Sequence record: PV611058.1 | Length of the DNA: 64,000 nt | Direction: 5' to 3' (one strand) | Shown here: piece after piece, positions 19,686 through 28,474 of the stretch | Position numbering within the stretch: the first letter of the stretch is position 1 | Layout: every line of letters begins with the position of its first letter | The notes under the pieces: generated by a model | The model's input: the letters and a program-made list of their open reading frames with translations, nothing else | Told to the model about the DNA's origin: nothing | Database searches by the model: none | Program-made: the position numbers and the translations under genes

Positions 19686-20206
19686 ATGTTCTTCATCACC
19701 TGACCAATAGATTTAAGATGGTTGATTTTAGCTGGAGTCAAATACTTATCCAGTACTATTAAACAACTAGGGAATGGAGCACTGTCAGTCTTTTTATCTG
19801 GTTCTTCAGGGATACCGAACTTTAAGCGACCTTTTATAAAACAAATACAATCACAAACTTTCGCAGCATAATCCTGAAAGGCTATAGTATCAGTTCTTGA
19901 TGGTACGAGAATCAGTACTGTAGCACCTTTGTTATATGCATCAACTGCCTTAGATAACCACGTTTTCAAATCACTGTACGGTGGGTTGAGCCACACGATA
20001 TTGTTTCCCCAGTCCTGTTCAAGTGAATTGTCTTCTGGTGTAAAGAAATTATCACACAATGCTGTTTCTTTAACACATGCTGCATCTAGTGTAAATCCCC
20101 AGAGTTCATCCAAATCTTCAAAGAAATCCTTTGGAGTAGTCCAGTTATCTTTCCCAGTACTGAAATGTACTGATTGTTTTTTCTTCGAAGCATCCTTCTT
20201 CGACAT
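19682..20206 (-). CDS. phage-type DNA N6-adenine methyltransferase
   Basis: WTTP, FTLDAAC, WLNPPYS, LVPSRTDT, FIKGRLKF. Confidence 0.9.
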   Translation of the reverse strand: MSKKDASKKKQSVHFSTGKDNWTTPKDFFEDLDELWGFTLDAACVKETALCDNFFTPEDNSLEQDWGNNIVWLNPPYSDLKTWLSKAVDAYNKGATVLILVPSRTDTIAFQDYAAKVCDCICFIKGRLKFGIPEEPDKKTDSAPFPSCLIVLDKYLTPAKINHLKSIGQVMKNI

Positions 20207-20222
20207 ACATAATTTCCTTTGA

Positions 20223-20819
20223 TTATAGACAGTTAAGTACTATGTCATCAAAAGTACTACTGTCAATGTTGTATTCATATAAAAATTTAAAATGTGATCC
20301 ATAACGCATCATCAGATTAAACTCTTCTTCAGTATTAAATTTGTAATCATGAAGAGTTTCAAGGGTACATGTTAAACCTAAAAACTCAATAATTTCTGAT
20401 GTTACATCATTTCCTGAATTGAAGTATTTAACCCAAACACATTTTCCTTGTGGGTTGAATTTTCTATATTCTCCTTCTAGTTCTCCATTGACGATATGTG
20501 CTTTCGCACTGATTAGATTATTACTATAACGCTCTTCGTAGTAGTTCCCATAACGAGCTTTAAGAATTGTAGGCTTCTTGGTTGGGAATAACTTAATGGA
20601 AGTTAATTCAAAACCGCACTGCAACTCTTTGATGTACGAAATACATCCCTTTTCTTTAATCACAACAAAACCAGTAAAATTCTCTTGGTCTTGGTTCTGA
20701 TTGTCTGAATCAACAAATTCTAGTGTTTTATAAGTGACGCTTTTAGATTTTTTAATAAATGACATCATTATTCCTATGGAAACATCAATGACTGTACATG
20801 GCGTTGACTTCATCAACAC
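20223..20819 (-). CDS. hypothetical protein with MORN-like repeat and degenerate family A motif
   Basis: GELEGEYRKFNPQGK; FNTEEEFNLMM. Confidence 0.75.
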   Translation of the reverse strand: MLMKSTPCTVIDVSIGIMMSFIKKSKSVTYKTLEFVDSDNQNQDQENFTGFVVIKEKGCISYIKELQCGFELTSIKLFPTKKPTILKARYGNYYEERYSNNLISAKAHIVNGELEGEYRKFNPQGKCVWVKYFNSGNDVTSEIIEFLGLTCTLETLHDYKFNTEEEFNLMMRYGSHFKFLYEYNIDSSTFDDIVLNCL

Positions 20820-20821
20820 CA

Positions 20822-20856
20822 GTCGAATTATACACGCTTCGCATGTCTAATTCGAC
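20822..20856. repeat. long inverted repeat/hairpin with GCGAAGC core (minus strand)
   Basis: GTCGAATTA-G-ACATGC-GAA-GCGTGT-A-TAATTCGAC. Confidence 0.85.
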
Positions 20857-20879
20857 GAAAGTACTATGATTTGTTTTAA

Positions 20880-21385
20880 TTAATATTGACGGGGTTTGCT
20901 TGAGCATATTTCATCCCCCCGCAGGGGAAAGAACAAAAAAGTTTGACGCTGGTGGCCTTCACATAGTTCATATCACGAATTCTCTTCCGAGGCGAAAGCG
21001 GGTTGCTCTGTTTCTCTCTATCGCGGTTCTTGTAGCAACGGTCGTCGGTCTTAAACATCCCGACACATAATACAAATACCATATGACCAGTACTTGTATT
21101 TGATTTCACGAATTTTGGACGCAACTATTTTGTATAAATTACGACCGCAAATTTCTCATGAAATCTCCCTTAGATAATTGGTAAGGTGCGATCCTTATAT
21201 GTCTATCGAGGAACTCTCTTTATCCTATTGGAGTTCTTTATACAGCCGCATTGCCGTGAGTGGTTCAAACTATGCCATCATCTAACGGGTTTCATTTGCT
21301 GTTCGTACTGAAAGGACTACTCATCTACCCTCTACTTTTCGAGTGGATTAGGCTTTAATCATTTCCATATGGAACCTTTCAGGAT
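20880..21385 (-). ncRNA. candidate structured non-coding RNA
   Basis: largest gene-free stretch in an otherwise packed genome, raised GC, several hairpins; not matched to a known family; strand inferred from the upstream promoter. Confidence 0.4.
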
Positions 21386-21386
21386 T

Positions 21387-21418
21387 AAAAAAAGGCGACA
21401 ACATATTCTGCTGTCACC
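21387..21418 (-). terminator. intrinsic terminator/attenuator
   Basis: GGTGACAGCA-GAATA-TGTTGTCGCC followed by T-run. Confidence 0.8.
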
Positions 21419-21422
21419 TTAC

Positions 21423-21450
21423 ATTATATCATAAACTTATGGTATGTCTC
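21423..21450 (-). promoter_or_regulatory. sigma70-like promoter
   Basis: GAGACA-16nt-TATAAT(GT) with TGn. Confidence 0.55.
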
Positions 21451-22297
21451 GGTTGTATTCTGTTTTTTCAGTGAAATTAGTTAAGATATCTGCACTTAAG
21501 CTTCTCATAACCTCAATCTTACTTGGCATGAACCTGTGCTTGTTTTTTACATACAACTCATCATCTTCAATGAAAGATGTGAACATGAATACCATATCTT
21601 CACGTGGGATTGAGAGAATATTACAGTTTTCATTTTCAGCAACAGGGGAATCATTGTAGTACTTAGAGAATGCAGTACTTTGACGACCGATTATGATAGA
21701 ATTTCGGATTAGAAAATTACTACAGTACTGAAAATCTTTGTAGTACTTGTCAAGGATATATGGCATTATCGCTTCTTTCACTTCTTCATATCCATTGGTA
21801 CTATCAATTTCAGTACAATAATCTTCTCGGTCTTTTTTCCCTCGATGATTATCAAACTCGTACTCAAAGAATAAATTTTCATTTAATGAATTATTTGAAC
21901 CAACTGATCCACTATAGTATGATTTTCTATCATTCATTCGATCATCCGGGCATGATGCATACATAGAAATGTCATGTGTTGACGTACCGATATAAATTTT
22001 CTTAGTAATGTGATTGTACGCGATGTAATCATAATCTTGTACTCCAGTTAGCATTAACTGGAACATCAATTCATCAGGAACATCAATTAACGGGTACTCA
22101 AACTTCGAATATCTACTACGACAGAAATTCTTTTCAAATGCTCGATATGCGATGAAATCTTTTAGGTTTGTAATAGATTCATGCTCATGTGTACTACTGG
22201 TGCGTACATTGACATTAGTAGACGAGCAATACCCTTCAGATTCTTCTGCGTAGTCATAATAACCCTTACTGTAGTCAACGATTAGATAAAGTTTCAT
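21437..22297 (-). CDS. family A outlier, 286 aa
   Basis: VPDELMFQLML. Confidence 0.8.
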   Translation of the reverse strand: MKLYLIVDYSKGYYDYAEESEGYCSSTNVNVRTSSTHEHESITNLKDFIAYRAFEKNFCRSRYSKFEYPLIDVPDELMFQLMLTGVQDYDYIAYNHITKKIYIGTSTHDISMYASCPDDRMNDRKSYYSGSVGSNNSLNENLFFEYEFDNHRGKKDREDYCTEIDSTNGYEEVKEAIMPYILDKYYKDFQYCSNFLIRNSIIIGRQSTAFSKYYNDSPVAENENCNILSIPREDMVFMFTSFIEDDELYVKNKHRFMPSKIEVMRSLSADILTNFTEKTEYNRDIP

Positions 22298-22309
22298 ATA
22301 TCTCCAGAC

Positions 22310-22338
22310 AAAAAAAAGACGAGATATTATATCCCGTC
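22310..22338 (-). terminator. intrinsic terminator
   Basis: GACGGGAT-ATAAT-ATCTCGTC followed by T-run. Confidence 0.8.
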
Positions 22339-22348
22339 CTTTGGTTTA

Positions 22349-22654
22349 TTAGTGGCTTGCCCAGCAGTAAACAGGACGTAGATTTTCCATTGGGTTTACT
22401 TCAGGCTTCAGTACTGTAACACGAACTTCATACGGAGTACCATCTGCATGATGGAACGTTTCGTAATGAATACTCTCAATGAAGGTTTCATATTCTTCTT
22501 GAGAACGTGAACGAACTGATGGGGAATATTTCTTTTTGGTATCTGATTTTAGTGTAACACTTACTAGTTCTGATTCTTCACCATTTTCAAGTTTATTGAA
22601 ATCGAACTCTGGTACACCTTCAAACATATCAAATTTCATTCCGTTGTCTTCCAT
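22349..22654 (-). CDS. hypothetical protein
   Basis: 101 aa, SD AAGGA. Confidence 0.8.
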   Translation of the reverse strand: MEDNGMKFDMFEGVPEFDFNKLENGEESELVSVTLKSDTKKKYSPSVRSRSQEEYETFIESIHYETFHHADGTPYEVRVTVLKPEVNPMENLRPVYCWASH

Positions 22655-22705
22655 TTTAAATTCCTTTTTATATAATGTTAGTTAGATAGTTTTTAATAAA
22701 TCAGA

Positions 22706-23092
22706 TTAGATTACGTCATACGGTAGAGTACCGTGACGGAATTTATCAAGTTGTGCAAGAACTTCTTTACGTTCGACAATCTCTGGCACATCTTCTTGCA
22801 GTTGGTCACATACTTCAACGATGAAATCCCAATCGCTCTCACAACTCACACGTACTGCTTCAATTGTTTTCCAATCAGCACTAATTTCACCTTCAGGATT
22901 TACATACGAAGGCCATACCTTTCCATAGTCTTGTACTGATTTGTCGTTAAGAACACGAATAGCATTGAAAATCTGTCCAGTACTGAAGTGTTTAGTATTC
23001 TTCATGTCTTCTAAGCAACATAGCTTAGGTTCACCCTGGACTTCAATCAGAAGTACACCACCAATAGCTTTTAGAACAGAACTTGTATTCAT
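22706..23092 (-). CDS. hypothetical protein
   Basis: 128 aa, SD GGAG. Confidence 0.8.
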   Translation of the reverse strand: MNTSSVLKAIGGVLLIEVQGEPKLCCLEDMKNTKHFSTGQIFNAIRVLNDKSVQDYGKVWPSYVNPEGEISADWKTIEAVRVSCESDWDFIVEVCDQLQEDVPEIVERKEVLAQLDKFRHGTLPYDVI

Positions 23093-23125
23093 CTATATCT
23101 CCATTTATCAAAAAAAGATGTGAAC

Positions 23126-23153
23126 ATTATATCACAAGGAATTGTCATGTCCA
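23126..23153 (-). promoter_or_regulatory. sigma70-like promoter
   Basis: TGGACA-16nt-TATAAT(GT) with TGn. Confidence 0.7.
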
Positions 23154-23163
23154 CAATATTTTA

Positions 23164-23457
23164 TCAAATAGTCAAACTTTCGTGCCAGTTATTGAAATCG
23201 TTAATAGCCAGCATAAACATATTCTCATCATTAAATTCTAGAATATGTTCATTGTATAAGTAGCTAATGTACTTATTACTACAGTGTTTGCTATTCATAA
23301 TTAGCATTTCAACTGCACGTTCATACGAACATGGGCTGAGATACAATTTTGTTCCATCAGGATGCTCAATCTCCACTGCACCAGGTGGAATAAAACGTTC
23401 ACCAGTATAAGGGATATACGGCTCTGTTTTGAAAATAAGTTTGAATTTAGTATCCAT
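23164..23457 (-). CDS. hypothetical protein
   Basis: 97 aa; FNDENMFML weakly family A-like. Confidence 0.75.
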   Translation of the reverse strand: MDTKFKLIFKTEPYIPYTGERFIPPGAVEIEHPDGTKLYLSPCSYERAVEMLIMNSKHCSNKYISYLYNEHILEFNDENMFMLAINDFNNWHESLTI

Positions 23458-23473
23458 ACCAAATCCTCCATAA

Positions 23474-24322
23474 TTACATTGTTTCTTTTATGTTGCGTAA
23501 CATAGTATTAACTATGTTCATCTTCCCGCCTAACTTGAAGTAATATTCCAATTTATTAATAATATTACTTTTTAATATCTCAAATATTTGATATTCATTT
23601 GTTTCGAAACCAAGTTCGAATTGGAAAGTATATAAATTGTTGAATAGATGTACCAACGATGCATCAGGTGATTCCATTGTAAATGTGTAGTTGGTACGAT
23701 AACCAGTACTAATCACTACTTCCGATGATTCACCTTTCATGGATATGTCAATATTATACATCATTGGGCGACCAGTTGCAATATCTTTCATTCGGAAGAA
23801 TGCAGTACTACGATACACAACACCATCTTCGGTAACCTTTTCTTGTATAGTGATATTTGAAACTTCACTCTCTTTGAATTTGGATTCGAATGAATGAATA
23901 CGATTTGATTTTTCATCATCCGTATACATAGTGCATGTATATTTTCCAAAATCATCTCTAGATGTATATGATTTATCACTGCTAGTTTTATAAAACGAAA
24001 CCCCATTGATGTGTTCTTCTTTGTACATCATTGTGTCATTGGATTTGTAGTATGAACAATTAGGTGTTGAAAGAGATTCAAAATTGTTCACATCATGACA
24101 GTAAGAAATAGAAGAATCGCTATACAGTACTACATCACGAATTGCAACTTCTTTTGAAGTACCTTTTTTGACAGAAATTTGAAAGTCATTACATGGGAAA
24201 ATTCTATATCCATCGTATGAATCTGATGTACTGATGCCAAATGGTGTAGTAGAATTTAGAAATTCGTTGATATGTTCAAGTACTGAATACTTTTTGAAAT
24301 TACGAAAATCTGTTGTATCCAT
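23474..24322 (-). CDS. hypothetical protein, 282 aa
   Basis: long ORF with SD. Confidence 0.8.
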   Translation of the reverse strand: MDTTDFRNFKKYSVLEHINEFLNSTTPFGISTSDSYDGYRIFPCNDFQISVKKGTSKEVAIRDVVLYSDSSISYCHDVNNFESLSTPNCSYYKSNDTMMYKEEHINGVSFYKTSSDKSYTSRDDFGKYTCTMYTDDEKSNRIHSFESKFKESEVSNITIQEKVTEDGVVYRSTAFFRMKDIATGRPMMYNIDISMKGESSEVVISTGYRTNYTFTMESPDASLVHLFNNLYTFQFELGFETNEYQIFEILKSNIINKLEYYFKLGGKMNIVNTMLRNIKETM

Positions 24323-24349
24323 AGTAATACAATCTCCTAAATTTCGGAC

Positions 24350-24378
24350 AAAAAATTAGTCGAGAATAAATCTCGACT
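24350..24378 (-). terminator. intrinsic terminator overlapping end of small ORF
   Basis: AGTCGAGA-TTTAT-TCTCGACT then AATTTTT. Confidence 0.7.
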
Positions 24379-24487
24379 TGTGTTTTACTTTACCATTCTT
24401 CATTGCTTTTTTACGGTCCACATGTGTTTGAGGTTTATTAAACTCATTCATATGCTTTTGTACAAAGTTGTTTACATTTTTAGCCAT
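24356..24487 (-). CDS. 43 aa basic protein (not in ORF track)
   Basis: manual translation MAKNVNNFVQKHMNEFNKPQTHVDRKKAMKNGKVKHKSRFILD. Confidence 0.8.
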   Translation of the reverse strand: MAKNVNNFVQKHMNEFNKPQTHVDRKKAMKNGKVKHKSRFILD

Positions 24488-24489
24488 AC

Positions 24490-24963
24490 TTACTCCAAAT
24501 CGGGATCTTTAACTGTTAGGCTTTCAATATCACTTGCGTAAAGAACTACATTAGTTTGTGTCTCTGATACTTTAAAATCATGATAACTATCTTTCACTTT
24601 AAAATTATCCAAAATAAACCCTTTACTACAACACATCATGATTTTATCATCTTTGATAGTGTATGTATTCTTTTTCTTACGTACTTCAGATTGTGGGGTA
24701 ATATTATCATTGTTACGAATAACACAATCAATGTACTCGTCATTTGTACTCATAGGCATACCCATGATAAACGAATTACTAGTACTGATTGTTAGTATGA
24801 AAACATTAGTATTTGGATTGTGAAAGAAGTCGTGCATAGTTTTACTGCATAAAAACAAGCACTGAATTATGTCCTTTACATTGAACATTATATCATGAAC
24901 TTTGAATGCGTCCAACTCTAAAATGTCATCTATCTTTCCATTCTCAACAGTTTTAATCTCCAT
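24490..24963 (-). CDS. hypothetical protein
   Basis: 157 aa with SD. Confidence 0.75.
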   Translation of the reverse strand: MEIKTVENGKIDDILELDAFKVHDIMFNVKDIIQCLFLCSKTMHDFFHNPNTNVFILTISTSNSFIMGMPMSTNDEYIDCVIRNNDNITPQSEVRKKKNTYTIKDDKIMMCCSKGFILDNFKVKDSYHDFKVSETQTNVVLYASDIESLTVKDPDLE

Positions 24964-25005
24964 GATCTATCCTTGATCTTCAAAGGCACTCCATGTGCAC
25001 ATATA

Positions 25006-25506
25006 TTAGGTCACAGCTTTGTATTTCTCCATTGCTTCGGTGATATTCAATACTGCTTGCGGTACGTCACTTTTGTTGTATGCAATGGTTAGTTTTTCCA
25101 TGTTATTGAGAAGACTTAGAAACAATGGAAGTACTTCTGCATTGTCACTGAAGTTACAATCATTGACAGTACTCAATTGAAATAACTCACCAGCATCAAC
25201 ATTGAGTGTGTTGTATTCTTTAACAATGTTTTCTTCAGTATTGAAGATGTAGAATACAGTCCCCATGTGGTGTAAGTATACACCAGTATCATTCTGAATA
25301 TGACATGGGGTGATTACAATTGCTGTGTTATCAATATTATTTACTATTGTCAAACGCAGACTATGTAACCCAAAGATTACAGTACAATCCTTTGTACTGT
25401 GTTGGATCTGGTCACTAGTAAAGGAAGACCCACTATGATTTTTAGATCCATTTAGTATTTCTTTGATAATTTTAAATGAATACTTCATCGAATTAGTTAA
25501 AAGCAT
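25006..25506 (-). CDS. family A paralog
   Basis: DAGELFQLSTV. Confidence 0.8.
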   Translation of the reverse strand: MLLTNSMKYSFKIIKEILNGSKNHSGSSFTSDQIQHSTKDCTVIFGLHSLRLTIVNNIDNTAIVITPCHIQNDTGVYLHHMGTVFYIFNTEENIVKEYNTLNVDAGELFQLSTVNDCNFSDNAEVLPLFLSLLNNMEKLTIAYNKSDVPQAVLNITEAMEKYKAVT

Positions 25507-25906
25507 GAACTTTACCTTTAAGTAAATTAATTAATGATCGCATAGATTCAGTACTGACAGTACCAAAATCAACACCTAAGCACTCGTATTGAAAGAACTC
25601 AATAGAATCAATTGAGTCCAAAGGAATCTCAACAACCTGATTCCCTATACCAGACATAGTAACATTGCTTTTATTAATCGTCAAGAAGTTTTTTGAATAA
25701 GTATTAAATTTTAGTGAAATCGCATCGGGGTGCTTTGTAACAATGCAGTACTGGGAGCCATACACATATAGTACTTTACTTTCACTAAGATCCGTTTTAA
25801 AAAAATGAATCCCATTGAAGTATTTCTCATTGGCTTCCATCGCCGCGATTAGTTCATCTGTTGTTGTTAACCTTGTTTCGTTCTTCGTTAAACTGTTGAA
25901 AAGCAT
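25493..25906 (-). CDS. family A paralog
   Basis: DSIEFFQYECL. Confidence 0.75.
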   Translation of the reverse strand: MLFNSLTKNETRLTTTDELIAAMEANEKYFNGIHFFKTDLSESKVLYVYGSQYCIVTKHPDAISLKFNTYSKNFLTINKSNVTMSGIGNQVVEIPLDSIDSIEFFQYECLGVDFGTVSTESMRSLINLLKGKVHAFN

Positions 25907-26327
25907 AGAATACTACCTTAACCATTTGTAGTGTTTCAGACATTACTTCTGATGAAAATTCAACATCATTGAATTTCAGCATAGTGTTCTGTGTAAAGAA
26001 AGTTGCTTCTAAGTCTTCCAGATTGAAGGGTTCATCAAACAAATTAGTACTGAACATGTCAGTCTTCTTCTTGTATGTGAACAAGAATTTGGAATTATAA
26101 CGAAGAACTATTTCATCTTTATTAACCAAAATACGTGCAATGTTCTGACGTGTCAATGTGGTAATGTTTAAATTGAACACGTTCTTGCGTGTTTCAGTGA
26201 TATCAACAAAATACCCATCTCCCTGATGGATATTACATCGTACATCCAACCCTTTCTGTACTGTATTGAACAGTGCATCTTGAATAAAATAATTTGCTGT
26301 ATCGATGTTTCCTAAAATGTCTAACAT
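25854..26327 (-). CDS. family A paralog (degenerate)
   Basis: DLEATFFTQNTM. Confidence 0.75.
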   Translation of the reverse strand: MLDILGNIDTANYFIQDALFNTVQKGLDVRCNIHQGDGYFVDITETRKNVFNLNITTLTRQNIARILVNKDEIVLRYNSKFLFTYKKKTDMFSTNLFDEPFNLEDLEATFFTQNTMLKFNDVEFSSEVMSETLQMVKVVFYAFQQFNEERNKVNNNR

Positions 26328-26839
26328 AACTTCTCCTTGATTGCTGTCATATTTAGAAGAAATTCTTCAAGCAATTCCTCTGTAACATACTCAACATACC
26401 AGAATATCACAATATCTTTTGAAAGTCGAGTATTCTTAAAAATATCTACTAACTCTTTGTAGTACTCAAGATCATATACATCTTTTATAATTAGTGAGTA
26501 CTGAAATAGTGATTCTTCAGTTAACTTAAATTCTGGATATAGTAAGTCATTAAATTCTAATGATTCTGATTGTACTTTTATTTTAGTGAAGTCATTTGTT
26601 AATCCACCATTACATCCATATAATGCAGCGTAATTCACGAACTTGGCTTTTGGATTAAAATCAAGAACAGTTTCACCATTATATGACAATCGGTGGAACG
26701 CCGTGAACTTTGTAATTTGCCACGGTTGCTTAATATCTAAGTCATTTATGTCTTTATTATTGTACATAAGAACAGTGAATATTTCAGCAATCTTCAATAA
26801 TAATTTAGTACGTGCTAGTACTGTCATAGGTTCAATCAT
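26321..26839 (-). CDS. family A paralog
   Basis: LTEESLFQYSLI. Confidence 0.8.
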   Translation of the reverse strand: MIEPMTVLARTKLLLKIAEIFTVLMYNNKDINDLDIKQPWQITKFTAFHRLSYNGETVLDFNPKAKFVNYAALYGCNGGLTNDFTKIKVQSESLEFNDLLYPEFKLTEESLFQYSLIIKDVYDLEYYKELVDIFKNTRLSKDIVIFWYVEYVTEELLEEFLLNMTAIKEKLC

Positions 26840-27252
26840 TATACACCTTCATATTCATCAAGGAAATCTTCGATGATCATTTCTGCGTCATCCATGTGCA
26901 TAGCATCAACTTCAACAATGCGAACCTTAGACGTATCCCAAATCATATAGCTAGGAACTGTATCTGGTTCGTAATCGTTTTTGTACTGAACTGCATCATA
27001 GCCGTTAATTTCGCAGTACTCAATCACTCCACGCCATTCGTCGTCACTGCCCATATCCGTCCACAGAAGCACGTTATCAACATCAACTTCTAAGGTATGT
27101 AAGTATACTGTATCAGCGTCAACAACGTTCAGTGGGCTTCTCAACTTGCGTAATGCAGCTTCTAAAGCACTGTGTTTACCTCCCATATGAAGGCCACCAT
27201 ACGGGATATAAAAGTTATCAATTTTTACAGTACTCGCATGATACAGTTTCAT
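26839..27252 (-). CDS. putative ADP-ribosyltransferase-fold protein
   Basis: KLYHAS, GLHMG, GYDAVQY.N, SY.IWD resemble small ART-like domains. Confidence 0.45.
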   Translation of the reverse strand: MKLYHASTVKIDNFYIPYGGLHMGGKHSALEAALRKLRSPLNVVDADTVYLHTLEVDVDNVLLWTDMGSDDEWRGVIEYCEINGYDAVQYKNDYEPDTVPSYMIWDTSKVRIVEVDAMHMDDAEMIIEDFLDEYEGV

Positions 27253-27261
27253 TATTCATTC

Positions 27262-27846
27262 CTATTTCAGTACTTTGACAAGGGCTTTAACCGCTGTTTC
27301 AAGTTGTGCAAAGTCGTTGATTGTAAGATAATGAATACCCAATGTACTCATTTCTGAATCTATTTTACTATACAAATCGAACATGTCAAGTAGATATTGA
27401 TATGTATATGACTCCGATGACACACATGATTCTTGAAATAGACGTTCTTCCATATCATTTACTACTTCATCATTTGCGTCTCGAATCACACCATCTTTGT
27501 ATGTGTAGTAAATCTCATCCCATTCATCTGATAAGCGGAATAGTAAAGGTTTACCATTAAACATCTCAAGGTCATATGCATTGACTTCACTCAATAACAT
27601 ATCATCAGGATCAGGTGTGAAATCGAATTGAGCGAGTGAAGAACCATCATAATCCTTAAGGAATACACCAATAGCATTCAATTTAACTTCGCCATAATTG
27701 CCATTCTTGAACTTTACACGAATATTAATATCAATGTTTTGAACAGTATCATCATCTTGGAATTGATAATCAATTTTATACTTTTCCCAAAGTTTTTTAA
27801 TATCTTTAAAGTACTTAATTTTACTTTCTATTTCTTTAAAGTTCAT
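27262..27846 (-). CDS. family A paralog
   Basis: MEERLFQESCV. Confidence 0.8.
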   Translation of the reverse strand: MNFKEIESKIKYFKDIKKLWEKYKIDYQFQDDDTVQNIDINIRVKFKNGNYGEVKLNAIGVFLKDYDGSSLAQFDFTPDPDDMLLSEVNAYDLEMFNGKPLLFRLSDEWDEIYYTYKDGVIRDANDEVVNDMEERLFQESCVSSESYTYQYLLDMFDLYSKIDSEMSTLGIHYLTINDFAQLETAVKALVKVLK

Positions 27847-28474
27847 CTGGAACCGCCATCTCTTGTATGTTCTTGCATTTTATCATTGCACAATTAGTAT
27901 GTAAAATGATAGCGTACTTGTGTAATGATTTAATTTTATAACACTCATTAAGTACTGAAATGATGCCCCATAACTCTTCTACATCAATAGTGATAGGTTC
28001 ACTAGTACTAAGTTGCATTAGTGCTGCTTCCACATCATCTTTGTTATTGATTTTGAACTGCATACCACGTTTCAGTATTTTGGTTTTTGGATTATACTCT
28101 GCCATTACATCACCTTCAGGGTAACCCTCGTGTAATAATAATGTAGTCTCATAACCTCCACAATTGAAATTAATTTCATCATAGTCAGGAACACAAATCA
28201 TTCCTTCACCATATTGATTATCTACTGATTCGATTGTTAAAATACGCTGATGTTCATTACTCAGGATAATAGAATCATGCCAGTACTGCGTAGTGAATTT
28301 ACTACGTTTCTTTTGACAGCACATACTTGACATGGGACCATACTTTTTATATAGGGACTTCTTGAATGCTATCGCATCAGGAGCCACCTTAATAACTTCT
28401 CGAATTAGGTCAATAGCTTCTTGATAACTTTTTCTCATTTGTCGTACCCATATAAAATATGATCTAAAGTGCAT
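27836..28474 (-). CDS. family A paralog (degenerate)
   Basis: VEAALMQLSTS. Confidence 0.75.
   Translation of the reverse strand: MHFRSYFIWVRQMRKSYQEAIDLIREVIKVAPDAIAFKKSLYKKYGPMSSMCCQKKRSKFTTQYWHDSIILSNEHQRILTIESVDNQYGEGMICVPDYDEINFNCGGYETTLLLHEGYPEGDVMAEYNPKTKILKRGMQFKINNKDDVEAALMQLSTSEPITIDVEELWGIISVLNECYKIKSLHKYAIILHTNCAMIKCKNIQEMAVPDEL

Noticed and set aside
20876-21124. 82 aa ORF in the non-coding island
   Set aside because: No convincing SD, unusual composition, and it overlaps multiple hairpins. Treated as probably non-coding, though not excluded.
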